This document shows positions 35,649 to 46,158 of a DNA stretch of 64,000 bases, one piece after another. A program made the translations under genes and the position numbers. The stretch lies in IMG/VR virus record IMGVR_UViG_3300033074_001631, positions 831-64,830 of that record. The stretch is one strand, 5' to 3'. How positions within the stretch are numbered: position 1 is the stretch's first letter; each line of letters opens with the position of its first letter. The notes beneath the pieces were generated by a model. The model was not told where the DNA came from and did not search any database. It saw nothing but the letters and a program-made list of their open reading frames with translations. The DNA comes from a virus. Taxonomy: Duplodnaviria; Caudoviricetes.

Positions 35649-36218
35649 TTATTTTTTTAAACCCTTTAAATAATTAATAGTTTTTTCTTTATCTTCTAAT
35701 AATTTTTGTTTAGCAGAACCTATCCACCTTTCTATATCTCCAGATTCAGTAATATATGAACTGTTAGATTCACCAACTATATCATCCATCCAAAATTCAA
35801 AATCTTTTATCACATTTTCTAAATCAGTATTTATTATGTTTCTTTCGTATTCTTCCCACAAACCCAATCTTCTTATTTCTGTTTCAAAATTTATTTGACA
35901 AGAATAACATCTCTTATACTGATAATAAAAAGATTTATCATATTTATGATTCATTAACGTACTACAATTAGGACAAAATAAAGGAAAATTAGCTAAATGT
36001 TTAAAAGAATCTAATTTAGTTACATTTTGTTTTAAACCATCTTTTATGGTCCAAGTACGACCATTTTCTTCCCAAATATCTCCTTCTTCATAAGTTTTAG
36101 TTTTTTTGGTATAACCTACTCCTATAGTAGATCGTAAAGAATATTTACCTTGGATTAAATTTCGTAAACGTTGAATATCTTTTTTTTCAAAAGGTTTATT
36201 TAATATAGATTCAGACAT
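35649..36218 (-). CDS. Hypothetical zinc-finger protein
   Basis: CPNC...CYSC motifs. Confidence 0.65.
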   Translation of the reverse strand: MSESILNKPFEKKDIQRLRNLIQGKYSLRSTIGVGYTKKTKTYEEGDIWEENGRTWTIKDGLKQNVTKLDSFKHLANFPLFCPNCSTLMNHKYDKSFYYQYKRCYSCQINFETEIRRLGLWEEYERNIINTDLENVIKDFEFWMDDIVGESNSSYITESGDIERWIGSAKQKLLEDKEKTINYLKGLKK

Positions 36219-37081
36219 TATTTTTTAGATACAGAAGTTTCTCCTTTTAATTGACTAATTTTTTCTTTAGCTATTTTAGCTTTTTCAGATGCTTCTTTTT
36301 TGGTACTTCTATATGCTTCCATTTCCTTTTCTAACTCATTTAGTTGAGTTTCAAAATCTTTCAACAATTGAGTAGCAGTTCTGTTGGCTTCTGAACGGTT
36401 TTTGTATATACCGTGAGTTTCATCTTTTTTTATTTCATCAAATACAGTTACCTCACAAACCATATCTTCTTTAGTTAATCCCATTTTAGGTCTTTTAACT
36501 TGATATACTTTACCCACATCATCATAAACTTCATATTGAGGTTCAGTTTCTTGAACTTGGATATCATTTATTACTTCTAAAATAATTTTCTTAACTTCAG
36601 ATTTTTTCATATTTTTTAAATTTTCATTTTGAGTTTCTTTTTCTCTTAAATCATAAGATAATCCTGCATTTCCTAAAACTGTTTGAACAACTTTTTTAGT
36701 GAATTCTTTATTAGGATTTTTTTCTTTAGGAAAAATTATTGAATTTTTTTGAGGGACATAAAATAATAAAGAAGGATCAGAAGTAAATTTTTTTATAAAA
36801 TCATCTACTGCTTGTTTAGTTTTTACTGGAAAAGATGATCCTCTTTGTTTTTCTAAACTTTTACGTTTAACAGGCAAAGAAGGACCAAAATAATCTTCCA
36901 AAGCTTTTTGTAAAGAAACTTTGTCAGTTCTTATATTAGAAACATATTTTCCATAATTATCTATATTTTCTAAAGCCTGTAGTATAGATTTTATATCAGA
37001 ACCTTCTGTTGGGGTTAGTATTAAATCAAAATTAGCTCTTAATTTAGGATTTAAATAATCATCTTCTTCTCTTAAATTCAT
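36218..37081 (-). CDS. Hypothetical protein
   Basis: 287-aa ORF. Confidence 0.6.
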   Translation of the reverse strand: MNLREEDDYLNPKLRANFDLILTPTEGSDIKSILQALENIDNYGKYVSNIRTDKVSLQKALEDYFGPSLPVKRKSLEKQRGSSFPVKTKQAVDDFIKKFTSDPSLLFYVPQKNSIIFPKEKNPNKEFTKKVVQTVLGNAGLSYDLREKETQNENLKNMKKSEVKKIILEVINDIQVQETEPQYEVYDDVGKVYQVKRPKMGLTKEDMVCEVTVFDEIKKDETHGIYKNRSEANRTATQLLKDFETQLNELEKEMEAYRSTKKEASEKAKIAKEKISQLKGETSVSKK

Positions 37082-37593
37082 ATTCCCAATTGTTTTAATT
37101 CATTTATTGTTTGTTTAGTATTTTCAAATAAAATTCCTATTCCTCCTTTACTATTCCATTCTTCTATATTATCATGTCTGTCATCTATAAGTATTGAATT
37201 TTCTTGAGAATAATTTTGTTTTTCTTCTCTAAACGCCAATATCATACTTGCCCCAGGAATGTTATTATGTTTCCATCTTGTTTTACCTTGTCTAGAAGTT
37301 ATATCTAAAGAAGGAGCAGACAATATTATAGGAGAATATTTTTCTATATAATCCCACAATTCTCTACCTTCTGGCATCCAAGACATTTCTTCCCAAAATT
37401 CTATTCCTGCTTTGTTTATTAAATCCCAAAATTTAGCTTTTCCATAATTATTTTCAAATTCTCTAGGAGGTATTCCTCCATATTTTAAAAATTGATTATC
37501 AAAATCTACCAAGACCCCATCTAAATCACAATATATTTTGTATGTTTTTTTCATTATACAATAAATTAAATATTTCTGGATTTTCTCTTCCAA
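37078..37593 (-). CDS. HAD-family 5'(3')-nucleotidase / phosphatase
   Basis: CDLDGVLVDF, ILSAP, GK and ILIDDR motifs. Confidence 0.85.
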   Translation of the reverse strand: MEEKIQKYLIYCIMKKTYKIYCDLDGVLVDFDNQFLKYGGIPPREFENNYGKAKFWDLINKAGIEFWEEMSWMPEGRELWDYIEKYSPIILSAPSLDITSRQGKTRWKHNNIPGASMILAFREEKQNYSQENSILIDDRHDNIEEWNSKGGIGILFENTKQTINELKQLGI

Positions 37594-40500
37594 ACTTTCT
37601 CATGATCATTCCTGCATAACTTTGGGCATCATTTTCTATCGGATCTCCATCTTTTCCATCTCCAGGTTTAATCATGTTATTTTTATTTTGCCAACAATGT
37701 CTTAATTCATGAACTAAAGTAACACAACTATCTCTAAGGTTTCTTCCCTCAATTACTATATATATTTCATTATTTTCAGGATTATATCCTCCAAAACTTT
37801 TATTTTCTTGAGCGTAATCCTTATTTTTTATTATTATTTTTGGCTTTTCAATTTTTAAATCTTTACAAACATATTCAACTAATTTATTTATATATAATAT
37901 ATGTTTTTTAAATTTTTTATTTTTGTTTTCTTTAATAAAATCATTAGATTTTTTTAGTACTACCATTTTTCCAGTATTTCCTTGGTAAACAAAAGGTAAA
38001 TTAGCTGTTTTTTTAAAATATCCAGGTAAATTGTTGTTTTGAATTAAATTGTTGTATATATTATGATAATTTTTAGTTTCATTATTATCCATTGAAGATA
38101 TTGCTATATAATCTGGTTTTTCTTTATAAACAAAATCTACTATTATTTTATACATGGTAGATAATATCTTAATATATTCTTTTCCTGTTATGTTTTTTGT
38201 AGGGATATCAGTAACTATTCCTTTAGGATGAAATTGAATGTTATAAAACAATCCTAAATCTTTATAAGGATTAGGCATATTTTTTATTGAATATTCATAT
38301 TCTATATCCCCTACTTTAAAATATCCTCCAAATATGTCTCCTTCTATTTTAACTGCATTATTAGTTGATAATTTTATTTCACACAAAGATTCATATAATA
38401 TATTGTAAAAACTTTTAATATAATTATGTTTAGGAATATTTATTTCTAATATATTTTTATCTATTGGTTGTTTTTTTATATTCTTTAAATGAAAAACTAA
38501 ATAATCAATTCTATTTTCTTCAGGTAATATAACTCCATCATGCCCCATATTTATTAATTCTCCTACAGAATATTTTTCATATTCTTCCCAAGTTGCTGGG
38601 TTTTCTAATGTTATATATCTCGTCAAAATATTTTTATTTCCTAAGGCTCCTGTTTCTCCTTTTTTTATACTGTCTTTATTATCAGTAAACCATATTCCAT
38701 CCCATACATAATCAAGATCAAATTCATCAAATTCTGAATTAGTCCCATGATATACTTTAAGATTTTTTATTTTGGTTTCTTTTAATAATTCTTTATCTAT
38801 TTCTTTTGTTTTTAAATTAACTAATTTTTCTATATATTTTGAATTCCTTAATTCTTTAAAAACTAAATTTTCAATAGAATATTCTCCTTCTTTTTCTAAT
38901 CCTGATTTTCGCATATTTTTTATGTAATCATACAATTTTTGAACTTTATTTAATTCAGGATTTTGAATCAAATTATCTATTTCTTGTTTGATTATGTTTG
39001 CTTTATCATTTATTTGTTTGTCAGGAATTAATATTTGTTCATATTTAGGTTTTTTTATCCATTTATCTTGAATCAACGAATATACTCCTTGGGCAGCATT
39101 GGGTTCATTTGTGTCTTGAACATAAACCTCTATGTAATTATTTTTTATTTTTAAATCGTGGGTTTTATTCCATGAATTCTTGGCTTCAGTAAAATATTTA
39201 CTTGTAATTTCTGGATCTTTGAATTTTTTTAAATCAACCAAAATATGAACATCTATATCTGAATATTGGTTCCAATTGTAGTTTGCAGAACTTCCTAATA
39301 ATATAATATCTTCATATGGAACATCCAAATCTAATGAATTCCAAAAATGTTCTGCTATTTTTAGTAAAACTTTTTTTACTTTAGGTTTAATATTATCTCC
39401 ATCAAAAATTACAGGATTAAGTTTCTTTTGATTTTCATATTCATTAACTAATTCTTCTTCATATTCTAATTCATTGTCTGGGTCAGCATGTATTAATGTA
39501 TCTTCAAATTCTTCTTTTGATATTTCTTTTTCTTTAGTAAAAAATTTAAATTTAGGATTATTTATGTTTGTTAATAAAAAATCTTTAGTTACAGACCAAT
39601 TGCTTCCAAAATAATTTTTTGTTATATTATCTAATAGAAAATCATAAGACATTACATAATTATCTAAATCCTCTACTTCTGGTTTGTCGTAATTCTTATC
39701 AAAAGGAATTCTTTCTTCTCTTTCGTCAGTTGAATGTTCTTTATTTTTTGTTTTTTGATTAAAATAATTAAAAGGTTCTATTCTATATTTATTAGAAAGT
39801 TTATCTCCATCTATTACTATTCTGACATCAGGAGGAAAAATAAGTTGAGTAAAACCTTTCCAAAAATCTTTATTTCTCGTAAAAGATATTGATATAACAT
39901 CTTTTTGGTTATTTCTAGGGTTTCTTTCTAGTTTCCCGCTGGACATTAATTTATTAGATTCAAAAATAGAAGGAAAATTATCCATGCTAGTAAAATGATA
40001 AATAATTCCTACTTGTTTAGCCTCATCTACTTTTTCAATTTTAGATAATTTATCATAATATTTAGGATCTTCATATAAATGATCCATAGCTATTTCTCTT
40101 GCTATGGATTTACTATTTGTATGCTCTAATTCAACTTTAATTCCTTTTTTTAGTTGAGATCTTAAATCAGGTAATAAATTTTTATAATCATAATAATCCC
40201 CAGCATGTTTTTTTGCTATATTATACAAACTCATTCCTTTAGATAATCCTCCAGGAATTTTTTCTCCTTCAGGTATTAATCTATAAAAATCTTCTAAAAT
40301 ATAACCTTCAGGAAGAGATTTATATAATATTTCTTTGTTTCCTTCTTTTAAAGCAACTCTTATTTGAGAAGAACTTATATTTTCTACATCCCCCCCATCA
40401 AAAACTACAGCATTAGAATAATTTTTTATTAAAGATTTAAATCTACTACTATCTTTTTTTCCAAATACCGCCAAATAATTATTATTTTCATTATTTTTTA

Positions 40501-40801
40501 TTATGTTATAAACTTCTTTAACAGGAGAATACGCTTCAGCTATATATATTTTTACTTTTTCAGAATTAGAACCAAACAAAGGTTTATATGATTCCCATAT
40601 TTTTAATGATGTTTGGGAAGATATTTTATCCCTACTGTTTGAAGATATAATTATTATAGCTTCATCCACATTATCAAGACATTTTTTTACAACTTCAAAA
40701 TGTCCCTTATGGGGGGGTTTAAAAGCCCCAGGATATAACAATATATTTTTTGGTTTGTCTTCTAATATTAATGAAGTTAAATATTTAGATAAATTATCCA
40801 T
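37526..40801 (-). CDS. Multi-enzyme polyprotein: HxGH nucleotidyltransferase, two ART-like modules, Pol-beta-like NTase, zincin
   Basis: GAFKPPHKGH/ISSSQIR; KGIKVELEH...AMDHLYEDP; IYHFTS...SFTR; GSSANY...SDIDVH; KVYHGT...GIWFT; HELRH. Confidence 0.7.
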   Translation of the reverse strand: MDNLSKYLTSLILEDKPKNILLYPGAFKPPHKGHFEVVKKCLDNVDEAIIIISSNSRDKISSQTSLKIWESYKPLFGSNSEKVKIYIAEAYSPVKEVYNIIKNNENNNYLAVFGKKDSSRFKSLIKNYSNAVVFDGGDVENISSSQIRVALKEGNKEILYKSLPEGYILEDFYRLIPEGEKIPGGLSKGMSLYNIAKKHAGDYYDYKNLLPDLRSQLKKGIKVELEHTNSKSIAREIAMDHLYEDPKYYDKLSKIEKVDEAKQVGIIYHFTSMDNFPSIFESNKLMSSGKLERNPRNNQKDVISISFTRNKDFWKGFTQLIFPPDVRIVIDGDKLSNKYRIEPFNYFNQKTKNKEHSTDEREERIPFDKNYDKPEVEDLDNYVMSYDFLLDNITKNYFGSNWSVTKDFLLTNINNPKFKFFTKEKEISKEEFEDTLIHADPDNELEYEEELVNEYENQKKLNPVIFDGDNIKPKVKKVLLKIAEHFWNSLDLDVPYEDIILLGSSANYNWNQYSDIDVHILVDLKKFKDPEITSKYFTEAKNSWNKTHDLKIKNNYIEVYVQDTNEPNAAQGVYSLIQDKWIKKPKYEQILIPDKQINDKANIIKQEIDNLIQNPELNKVQKLYDYIKNMRKSGLEKEGEYSIENLVFKELRNSKYIEKLVNLKTKEIDKELLKETKIKNLKVYHGTNSEFDEFDLDYVWDGIWFTDNKDSIKKGETGALGNKNILTRYITLENPATWEEYEKYSVGELINMGHDGVILPEENRIDYLVFHLKNIKKQPIDKNILEINIPKHNYIKSFYNILYESLCEIKLSTNNAVKIEGDIFGGYFKVGDIEYEYSIKNMPNPYKDLGLFYNIQFHPKGIVTDIPTKNITGKEYIKILSTMYKIIVDFVYKEKPDYIAISSMDNNETKNYHNIYNNLIQNNNLPGYFKKTANLPFVYQGNTGKMVVLKKSNDFIKENKNKKFKKHILYINKLVEYVCKDLKIEKPKIIIKNKDYAQENKSFGGYNPENNEIYIVIEGRNLRDSCVTLVHELRHCWQNKNNMIKPGDGKDGDPIENDAQSYAGMIMRKFGRENPEIFNLLYNEKNIQNIL

Positions 40802-41528
40802 TATTATTTATAAAATTTAATAACTTTTTTTGAAAAGTTTCTAATGAATCAAAATTTTTAGGTTTTTTTAATATATTCTCAATATCTATATTTATTTGAT
40901 GTTTTTTATCTATAGATTTTTGTATGTATTCTTGAGTTTTTGGTTTAGTTTTAACCTTATAAGGATCTATATATGTTTTTTTTATATACTCATAATTAAA
41001 AGGAATCTTACTAGATTTATTTTCATTATTCACAAACAAAAAATTAGGAAAGAATTCATTCATATATGTTTTTATATTCGCATATACGTCTCTCCAAGTC
41101 CTAAGCACCATGTCCGCCGAAAGGGTACGATTTCGCATTATATTGCGTTCTATAGACGTTATAGGCGAAGCATACACCATTATCATTAAAGTATCATAAT
41201 CTAACAACTTTAATTTTTTGTTTTTATCTAATATACTTGAAGATGAAGCTCCTACTGTATCTATTATTATATTTTTTCTTTTAGATATTAAATCTTCAAA
41301 CAATTTATCTATATTTTTTCGAGTATCAGCCATTATCTTTGCTGCTAAAGATAATTTTTCTGAATCAAAAGTGTTTATTTTTGTTCCTAATCCTTTTTTT
41401 TGTAGTTCAGTCTCATAACTATCATCTAAATTTATTTTATTAAAATTATATTTGTTAAAAACATTAGATAAATAAGTTTTTCCTGAACCTGAGGCTCCAC
41501 ATATAAATATTGCTTTAGGTTTTTTCAT
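40794..41528 (-). CDS. P-loop kinase (AAA_33/zeta/Pnk-like)
   Basis: GASGSGKT, INLDD, IIIDTVG and ERNIMR motifs. Confidence 0.75.
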   Translation of the reverse strand: MKKPKAIFICGASGSGKTYLSNVFNKYNFNKINLDDSYETELQKKGLGTKINTFDSEKLSLAAKIMADTRKNIDKLFEDLISKRKNIIIDTVGASSSSILDKNKKLKLLDYDTLMIMVYASPITSIERNIMRNRTLSADMVLRTWRDVYANIKTYMNEFFPNFLFVNNENKSSKIPFNYEYIKKTYIDPYKVKTKPKTQEYIQKSIDKKHQINIDIENILKKPKNFDSLETFQKKLLNFINNNG

Positions 41529-42301
41529 TTATTTAATTTTACTGATGTGGGATATTTGTTAAAAATAGGTTTATCATATGGATTTTCTAATTTAAATAAT
41601 TCATAAATATTTAAAAATAAATTAAAATTATGATCTATATCTCTAGGAGATTCATATAATTCCCATCCTTTTCCTTGAATTTTTTTTCCACTTGAATCAG
41701 AAGAACGTTTTGAAGATTTTAACCAAAGTATTCCTGTTTTGTGGATTTTTTTACCAAAACATTCTTCAAAACATTTAGCATAAGCTGCTGTTTGCAAATC
41801 GTATGATGTATGAAGATTATTTGAAGATTTAATATCTAATATCCATAATTTATCATCTATTTCTACTACTAAATCACAAGTTCCTGCTATTTTATATTTT
41901 TCTGAAAATACTAGTATTTCAGAATGAACTAATTTTGGATTAACGGTTTCCCAAAATTCAGTAAATTTTAATAGCATATTCCATACAGACATAGAATATC
42001 TAGCATTCCCTTTGTTATCTAACCAAAATATTTCTTTTCCTTGAAGATATTCTTCTATCAATGAATGAATTTGGGTTCCTTCATAAGCAGAATTTTTAAC
42101 AATGTGTTCAGAATTATATCCTACATCTTTCAACCAATCTTCAAAAAATTTTCCTTTAGGAAAATACTGTAATATATATGTTATTGAAGGAAAATATTCT
42201 TCTTTATATTTATAAAATCTTTGGTCTAAAAAATTTATTTGTTTTAAATCTTCTTCCAAATATAGATGTTTGTGTTTATTTATATTATCTCCTTTATTCA
42301 T
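41525..42301 (-). CDS. PD-(D/E)xK exonuclease (phage Cas4/RecB-like)
   Basis: PSIT, GTQIH, AGTCD, ILDIKSS and QTAAY motifs. Confidence 0.8.
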   Translation of the reverse strand: MNKGDNINKHKHLYLEEDLKQINFLDQRFYKYKEEYFPSITYILQYFPKGKFFEDWLKDVGYNSEHIVKNSAYEGTQIHSLIEEYLQGKEIFWLDNKGNARYSMSVWNMLLKFTEFWETVNPKLVHSEILVFSEKYKIAGTCDLVVEIDDKLWILDIKSSNNLHTSYDLQTAAYAKCFEECFGKKIHKTGILWLKSSKRSSDSSGKKIQGKGWELYESPRDIDHNFNLFLNIYELFKLENPYDKPIFNKYPTSVKLNK

Positions 42302-43242
42302 ATTTCAAGTTTTTTTTCTAATAAATCAGAAAAGGTTAAAGGTTTTACAGAATGAATTATTTTAGTAAATTTATCAAAACCTAAATAATTAGGATCTTTT
42401 CCATCTATTTCAACCAAATATACTTCTTTTCCCTCGTTCATTAAAGTTTCACAGAACAATATAGCTTTTTTTAAAGCATCTCTATCTAAAGCAATATATA
42501 TTTTTTTAACTTGAGATGTTACTATTTTAGACATTAACTTGGGTCTTATAATTTGACCTAATAAAGGAATAGCATTTCTCCTTATAGTTATAGCATCCAT
42601 AGTTCCTTCACATATAATTAAGGGAATATTCCAATTTATAAAAAATTCAAAAGGTATTATATCTTTAGAAACATCTGGGTTGGAGTATGTTTTTGAAGAA
42701 GATTTATCAAAATTGCGTGCAGTATAATAATTTAAAACTCCGTCTTTATCATATGAAGGAATTATTATATGATTACAATATTTTCCTTTATCACAATAAC
42801 CTATATTATATCTTATTATATCTTCTTCAAATATCTTTCTAGATTTTAAATAAAATAAAGCATGTTTTCCTATTATATCATATTCAGAAACATTAATTAA
42901 AGATTTAAATTCTTTAGGAAGAAAAACCTTAGTAGATTTTTCATCTGGTTTATAATCTTTAGGAATGGAGATGGATTTAGTTAAAAGTTTTAACTTTTGC
43001 AAAACATCATAATTAACTTCTAATTTTTTAAAAAGAGAAAACAATGTTTTTCCTTTAAAAGAACATACCCAACAATTGTAATTTTGATAATGAGTAGAAG
43101 TTTCATCAAAATTTATTTCTAATTTAGGTTTATGATGATATTTACATTCAGGGCAATAAAAAACATAATTTCCTTTAGAAGTTGGTTTTTCTTTTCCTAA
43201 AACAGAAACAGTCAAATTTAATAGTAAATGGTTTATCCCCAT
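42298..43242 (-). CDS. DNA primase
   Basis: CPEC...H...CWVC zinc finger; Toprim CEGTMD and LDRD. Confidence 0.88.
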   Translation of the reverse strand: MGINHLLLNLTVSVLGKEKPTSKGNYVFYCPECKYHHKPKLEINFDETSTHYQNYNCWVCSFKGKTLFSLFKKLEVNYDVLQKLKLLTKSISIPKDYKPDEKSTKVFLPKEFKSLINVSEYDIIGKHALFYLKSRKIFEEDIIRYNIGYCDKGKYCNHIIIPSYDKDGVLNYYTARNFDKSSSKTYSNPDVSKDIIPFEFFINWNIPLIICEGTMDAITIRRNAIPLLGQIIRPKLMSKIVTSQVKKIYIALDRDALKKAILFCETLMNEGKEVYLVEIDGKDPNYLGFDKFTKIIHSVKPLTFSDLLEKKLEI

Positions 43243-43279
43243 GTTACATAATATATAAAAAATTTTTTATATATCCAAA

Positions 43280-43723
43280 TTAAATTTTTATAAAATCTTT
43301 TTTAAAATACCTACCAGATATGTTATCATTGTAAGAATTTACAAACAAAACGTCTTCTTTAAATTGATATGAGGTCTCCCAATAATTTAATTCTTTGGAA
43401 GAATAACAAATTTTTAAAATAATTCTCTCAAAATTATCTTTTCCTAATTTATTTATATCTTCTTTTAAAGAAGAAGAAGAACCATAATAAGTTTTCCAAT
43501 CTGATTCTTTAGTTACATATTCATAATCTTTCCAAATATTCAAAAGTTTATTTTTAGCTTTTTGTTCTTTACCTATTTTTTTCTTAGAAGTATGGAATAA
43601 ATGTTTTTTTCCTATATAAAACTTACCATTATCTTTATTTATAATTTTATAAACAAAACCAAATATAGAAGGGTGTTCAAAATCTTCTATTTTTTCTATC
43701 AATTTATTTTCAAACAACCACAT
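43280..43723 (-). CDS. GIY-YIG family nuclease (Seg-like)
   Basis: GFVY...YIGKK, YYGSS and YNDNI motifs. Confidence 0.8.
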   Translation of the reverse strand: MWLFENKLIEKIEDFEHPSIFGFVYKIINKDNGKFYIGKKHLFHTSKKKIGKEQKAKNKLLNIWKDYEYVTKESDWKTYYGSSSSLKEDINKLGKDNFERIILKICYSSKELNYWETSYQFKEDVLFVNSYNDNISGRYFKKDFIKI

Positions 43724-43725
43724 TA

Positions 43726-45099
43726 TTATTTATCTATTCTTATTATTATGTTAGTATCTGTTGTTCTACTAGAAGGTAAAGGTTGAGATAATTTAGCTAC
43801 AGCTAATAAGTCCTGATTTTCATTATATAAACCTACTGATGTTATGTAAGGATCAAAATATGAAGAAGTAACATATCCATAAACTTCTCCATTACTACCT
43901 GATATTGTTGTGGGGTTTTGAGAAAAATTAAATTCATTTTCTCTGATATTACATTTATATTGAGTTTCATATAAAGTTAAACTACTAGAAAAGGAGCATG
44001 ATGCCTGTGAACAGGATATAAAATTAGGCAAATCCCAAAAACTTGAAGAGGTTAGGATAACTAATCCATGACCATATATTATATTACCACATTTATTATC
44101 AGAACTATCTAAAACATTCCCGTTTCCATCATCATAAACATAAACTGAAGAAGATTTATATATAAATGATTTAGGTTTTATATATTCTCCATATATTATA
44201 GAAGGAATATTTATAACTCCTATCTGAGATTGAGAGCTTGTAGGAAAATACCTTTCATCTAAATTTAAAGATTGTAAAAAGTTATCAAATTGTTTATAGG
44301 TTTCTGATCCTGTATAATCTAAAGGGTAAGGATAAGGATTACCTATATAATTAGTATAATACAGTTGTTTAACCGAGTTGTAGATTAGTCTTTGATATTG
44401 AGTATTATTTATTCCAGTAAAGGGTTCAGAAGAAGATGGAGCTAATGATTGAGAAACTATATCTAATGAAACATTATATGTTTTAAAAGAAGTAGGTATA
44501 GGTTGAATTAATAAAGGAAGAATTCCAGTAGATGTTAACACACTAGATCCTATGTAATAGGTTTTTCCTACTTCAGGAACCCAATTAAAACTCAAATTAA
44601 ATGATGAACTCAACAATAATCCAGAAATATTAGATGATTGAGTTTGGTATGTGTAATTAGATATGGGAATTGGATTTCCTAATTCATAAAAAGAAGTTAA
44701 TACTATGTAAGTATCAACTAAAGAATCTGAATAAAAAGAAAAACTACCGGAAAATTCTGATTGTAAAGATATATTATGGGAATTTTGGGGTACAGTTATA
44801 TATCCTGTACTATTATCCAACATATTTAGATTATCTATATTCACAACATATGAATTAATAGTTCCTACATTTGGAACATTAGGAATAAATATATTAGATT
44901 GAGACTTATATATACTAAAAGAATAATCTAAAATATCTCCTCCTGTATTTGGATCAAAATTACCTTCTAAATTTACTCCAATAAATTTATCTAATCCTCC
45001 AGAAATAAAAGATTCATTTCCATAAAAAGAAAAACTTTTATTTACAACAAAAGGACTAATAATAATGTCTCTTGCATCAAATGATTTAAAGGCTCCCAT
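43726..45099 (-). CDS. Baseplate / tail structural protein
   Basis: C-terminal YITSVGLYNENQDLLAVAKLSQPL tail-collar-like motif. Confidence 0.55.
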   Translation of the reverse strand: MGAFKSFDARDIIISPFVVNKSFSFYGNESFISGGLDKFIGVNLEGNFDPNTGGDILDYSFSIYKSQSNIFIPNVPNVGTINSYVVNIDNLNMLDNSTGYITVPQNSHNISLQSEFSGSFSFYSDSLVDTYIVLTSFYELGNPIPISNYTYQTQSSNISGLLLSSSFNLSFNWVPEVGKTYYIGSSVLTSTGILPLLIQPIPTSFKTYNVSLDIVSQSLAPSSSEPFTGINNTQYQRLIYNSVKQLYYTNYIGNPYPYPLDYTGSETYKQFDNFLQSLNLDERYFPTSSQSQIGVINIPSIIYGEYIKPKSFIYKSSSVYVYDDGNGNVLDSSDNKCGNIIYGHGLVILTSSSFWDLPNFISCSQASCSFSSSLTLYETQYKCNIRENEFNFSQNPTTISGSNGEVYGYVTSSYFDPYITSVGLYNENQDLLAVAKLSQPLPSSRTTDTNIIIRIDK

Positions 45100-45111
45100 T
45101 AAATTTGTTTA

Positions 45112-46140
45112 TCAAAAATCGAGTTTTACTCTGACAAGAGATTCCTTAGTAAAATCTTTTAATAAAGGTCTTGACAATTTAGCAACGGCTAATAGTTCAT
45201 TTGAATCATTATATAAACCTATAGTTGTTATATAAGTTTGGGGAGAATTAATAAATGAATCATATAAAACAGACCCATTACTTCCTGAAATAAAACTAGG
45301 ATTAGTAGAATAATTAAATTCTGAATTTCTTGATCTAACAAATATGAAATCTGAAGATATATTTTCTTGACTATTTAAAGCAAAATTTGCTCCTAAAACA
45401 ATGGAATCAAACAAGCTTTGAGGGTTTTGCCCATCAACATTGGGGGAAGTATTTACTGATAAAGATATTCCTCCACTAACATAAGGTAAAGCTAAAGCTC
45501 TAGGATTAAGTAATATAATCCCTATATCTGGTAATAACCACCCATAAGAACCTGAAGGAGTATATCCAGCTGAAACCCCAGCAAAAGGAGAAGAAGTTAT
45601 AGCACTACCGTTACTTCCACTAACTAAATCAAAAACTCGTCCTGAATCTAAAAATGTTTGAGTAGTAACATTGTTACTGTTATCTGTTATTTGGATTTCT
45701 CCAGCTGAACTAGATAGTATTAAATTTAAAGATCCTGGAAATATGGATTCTTTATATCTAGATCTTTCTAGTGATATAGCATAAAAATCATAAGAAGTAG
45801 TACCTCCAAAAACAAAAGATGTATTTTCATCTCCTAATACTAAAGATCTATATTGACCATATATGGTTTTTGAGGGAGAATAACCTGGAATTAAAGGGTT
45901 ATAATATTCACTTCCGCTCCCATATTCATTTCCATAAGCAATAGCAAATTGTATCTCTGCATTAGGGTCCGTAGATGAAGTTTGATATACATTAATATAA
46001 TAATTTCCAGAAGAACCCGCTGTTTGGGTAGAAGAAGTATAGAAGCTAGTCAAATTAGGTAAAAACCCTGTCCAACAAGTAGCTGTTATAGAATCAGAAC
46101 TTACAACTATATCTTCAGGGTCTAATCTTTTAAAACTCAT
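45112..46140 (-). CDS. Baseplate / tail structural protein, paralogous C-terminus to 43726..45099
   Basis: YITTIGLYNDSNELLAVAKLSRPL motif. Confidence 0.55.
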   Translation of the reverse strand: MSFKRLDPEDIVVSSDSITATCWTGFLPNLTSFYTSSTQTAGSSGNYYINVYQTSSTDPNAEIQFAIAYGNEYGSGSEYYNPLIPGYSPSKTIYGQYRSLVLGDENTSFVFGGTTSYDFYAISLERSRYKESIFPGSLNLILSSSAGEIQITDNSNNVTTQTFLDSGRVFDLVSGSNGSAITSSPFAGVSAGYTPSGSYGWLLPDIGIILLNPRALALPYVSGGISLSVNTSPNVDGQNPQSLFDSIVLGANFALNSQENISSDFIFVRSRNSEFNYSTNPSFISGSNGSVLYDSFINSPQTYITTIGLYNDSNELLAVAKLSRPLLKDFTKESLVRVKLDF

Positions 46141-46158
46141 TTTTTTATATATTTTTTG

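Noticed and set aside
41525-42301. Cas4 as part of a CRISPR system
   Set aside because: It is a stand-alone phage PD-(D/E)xK exonuclease next to primase, with no Cys cluster, cas1/cas2 or array.
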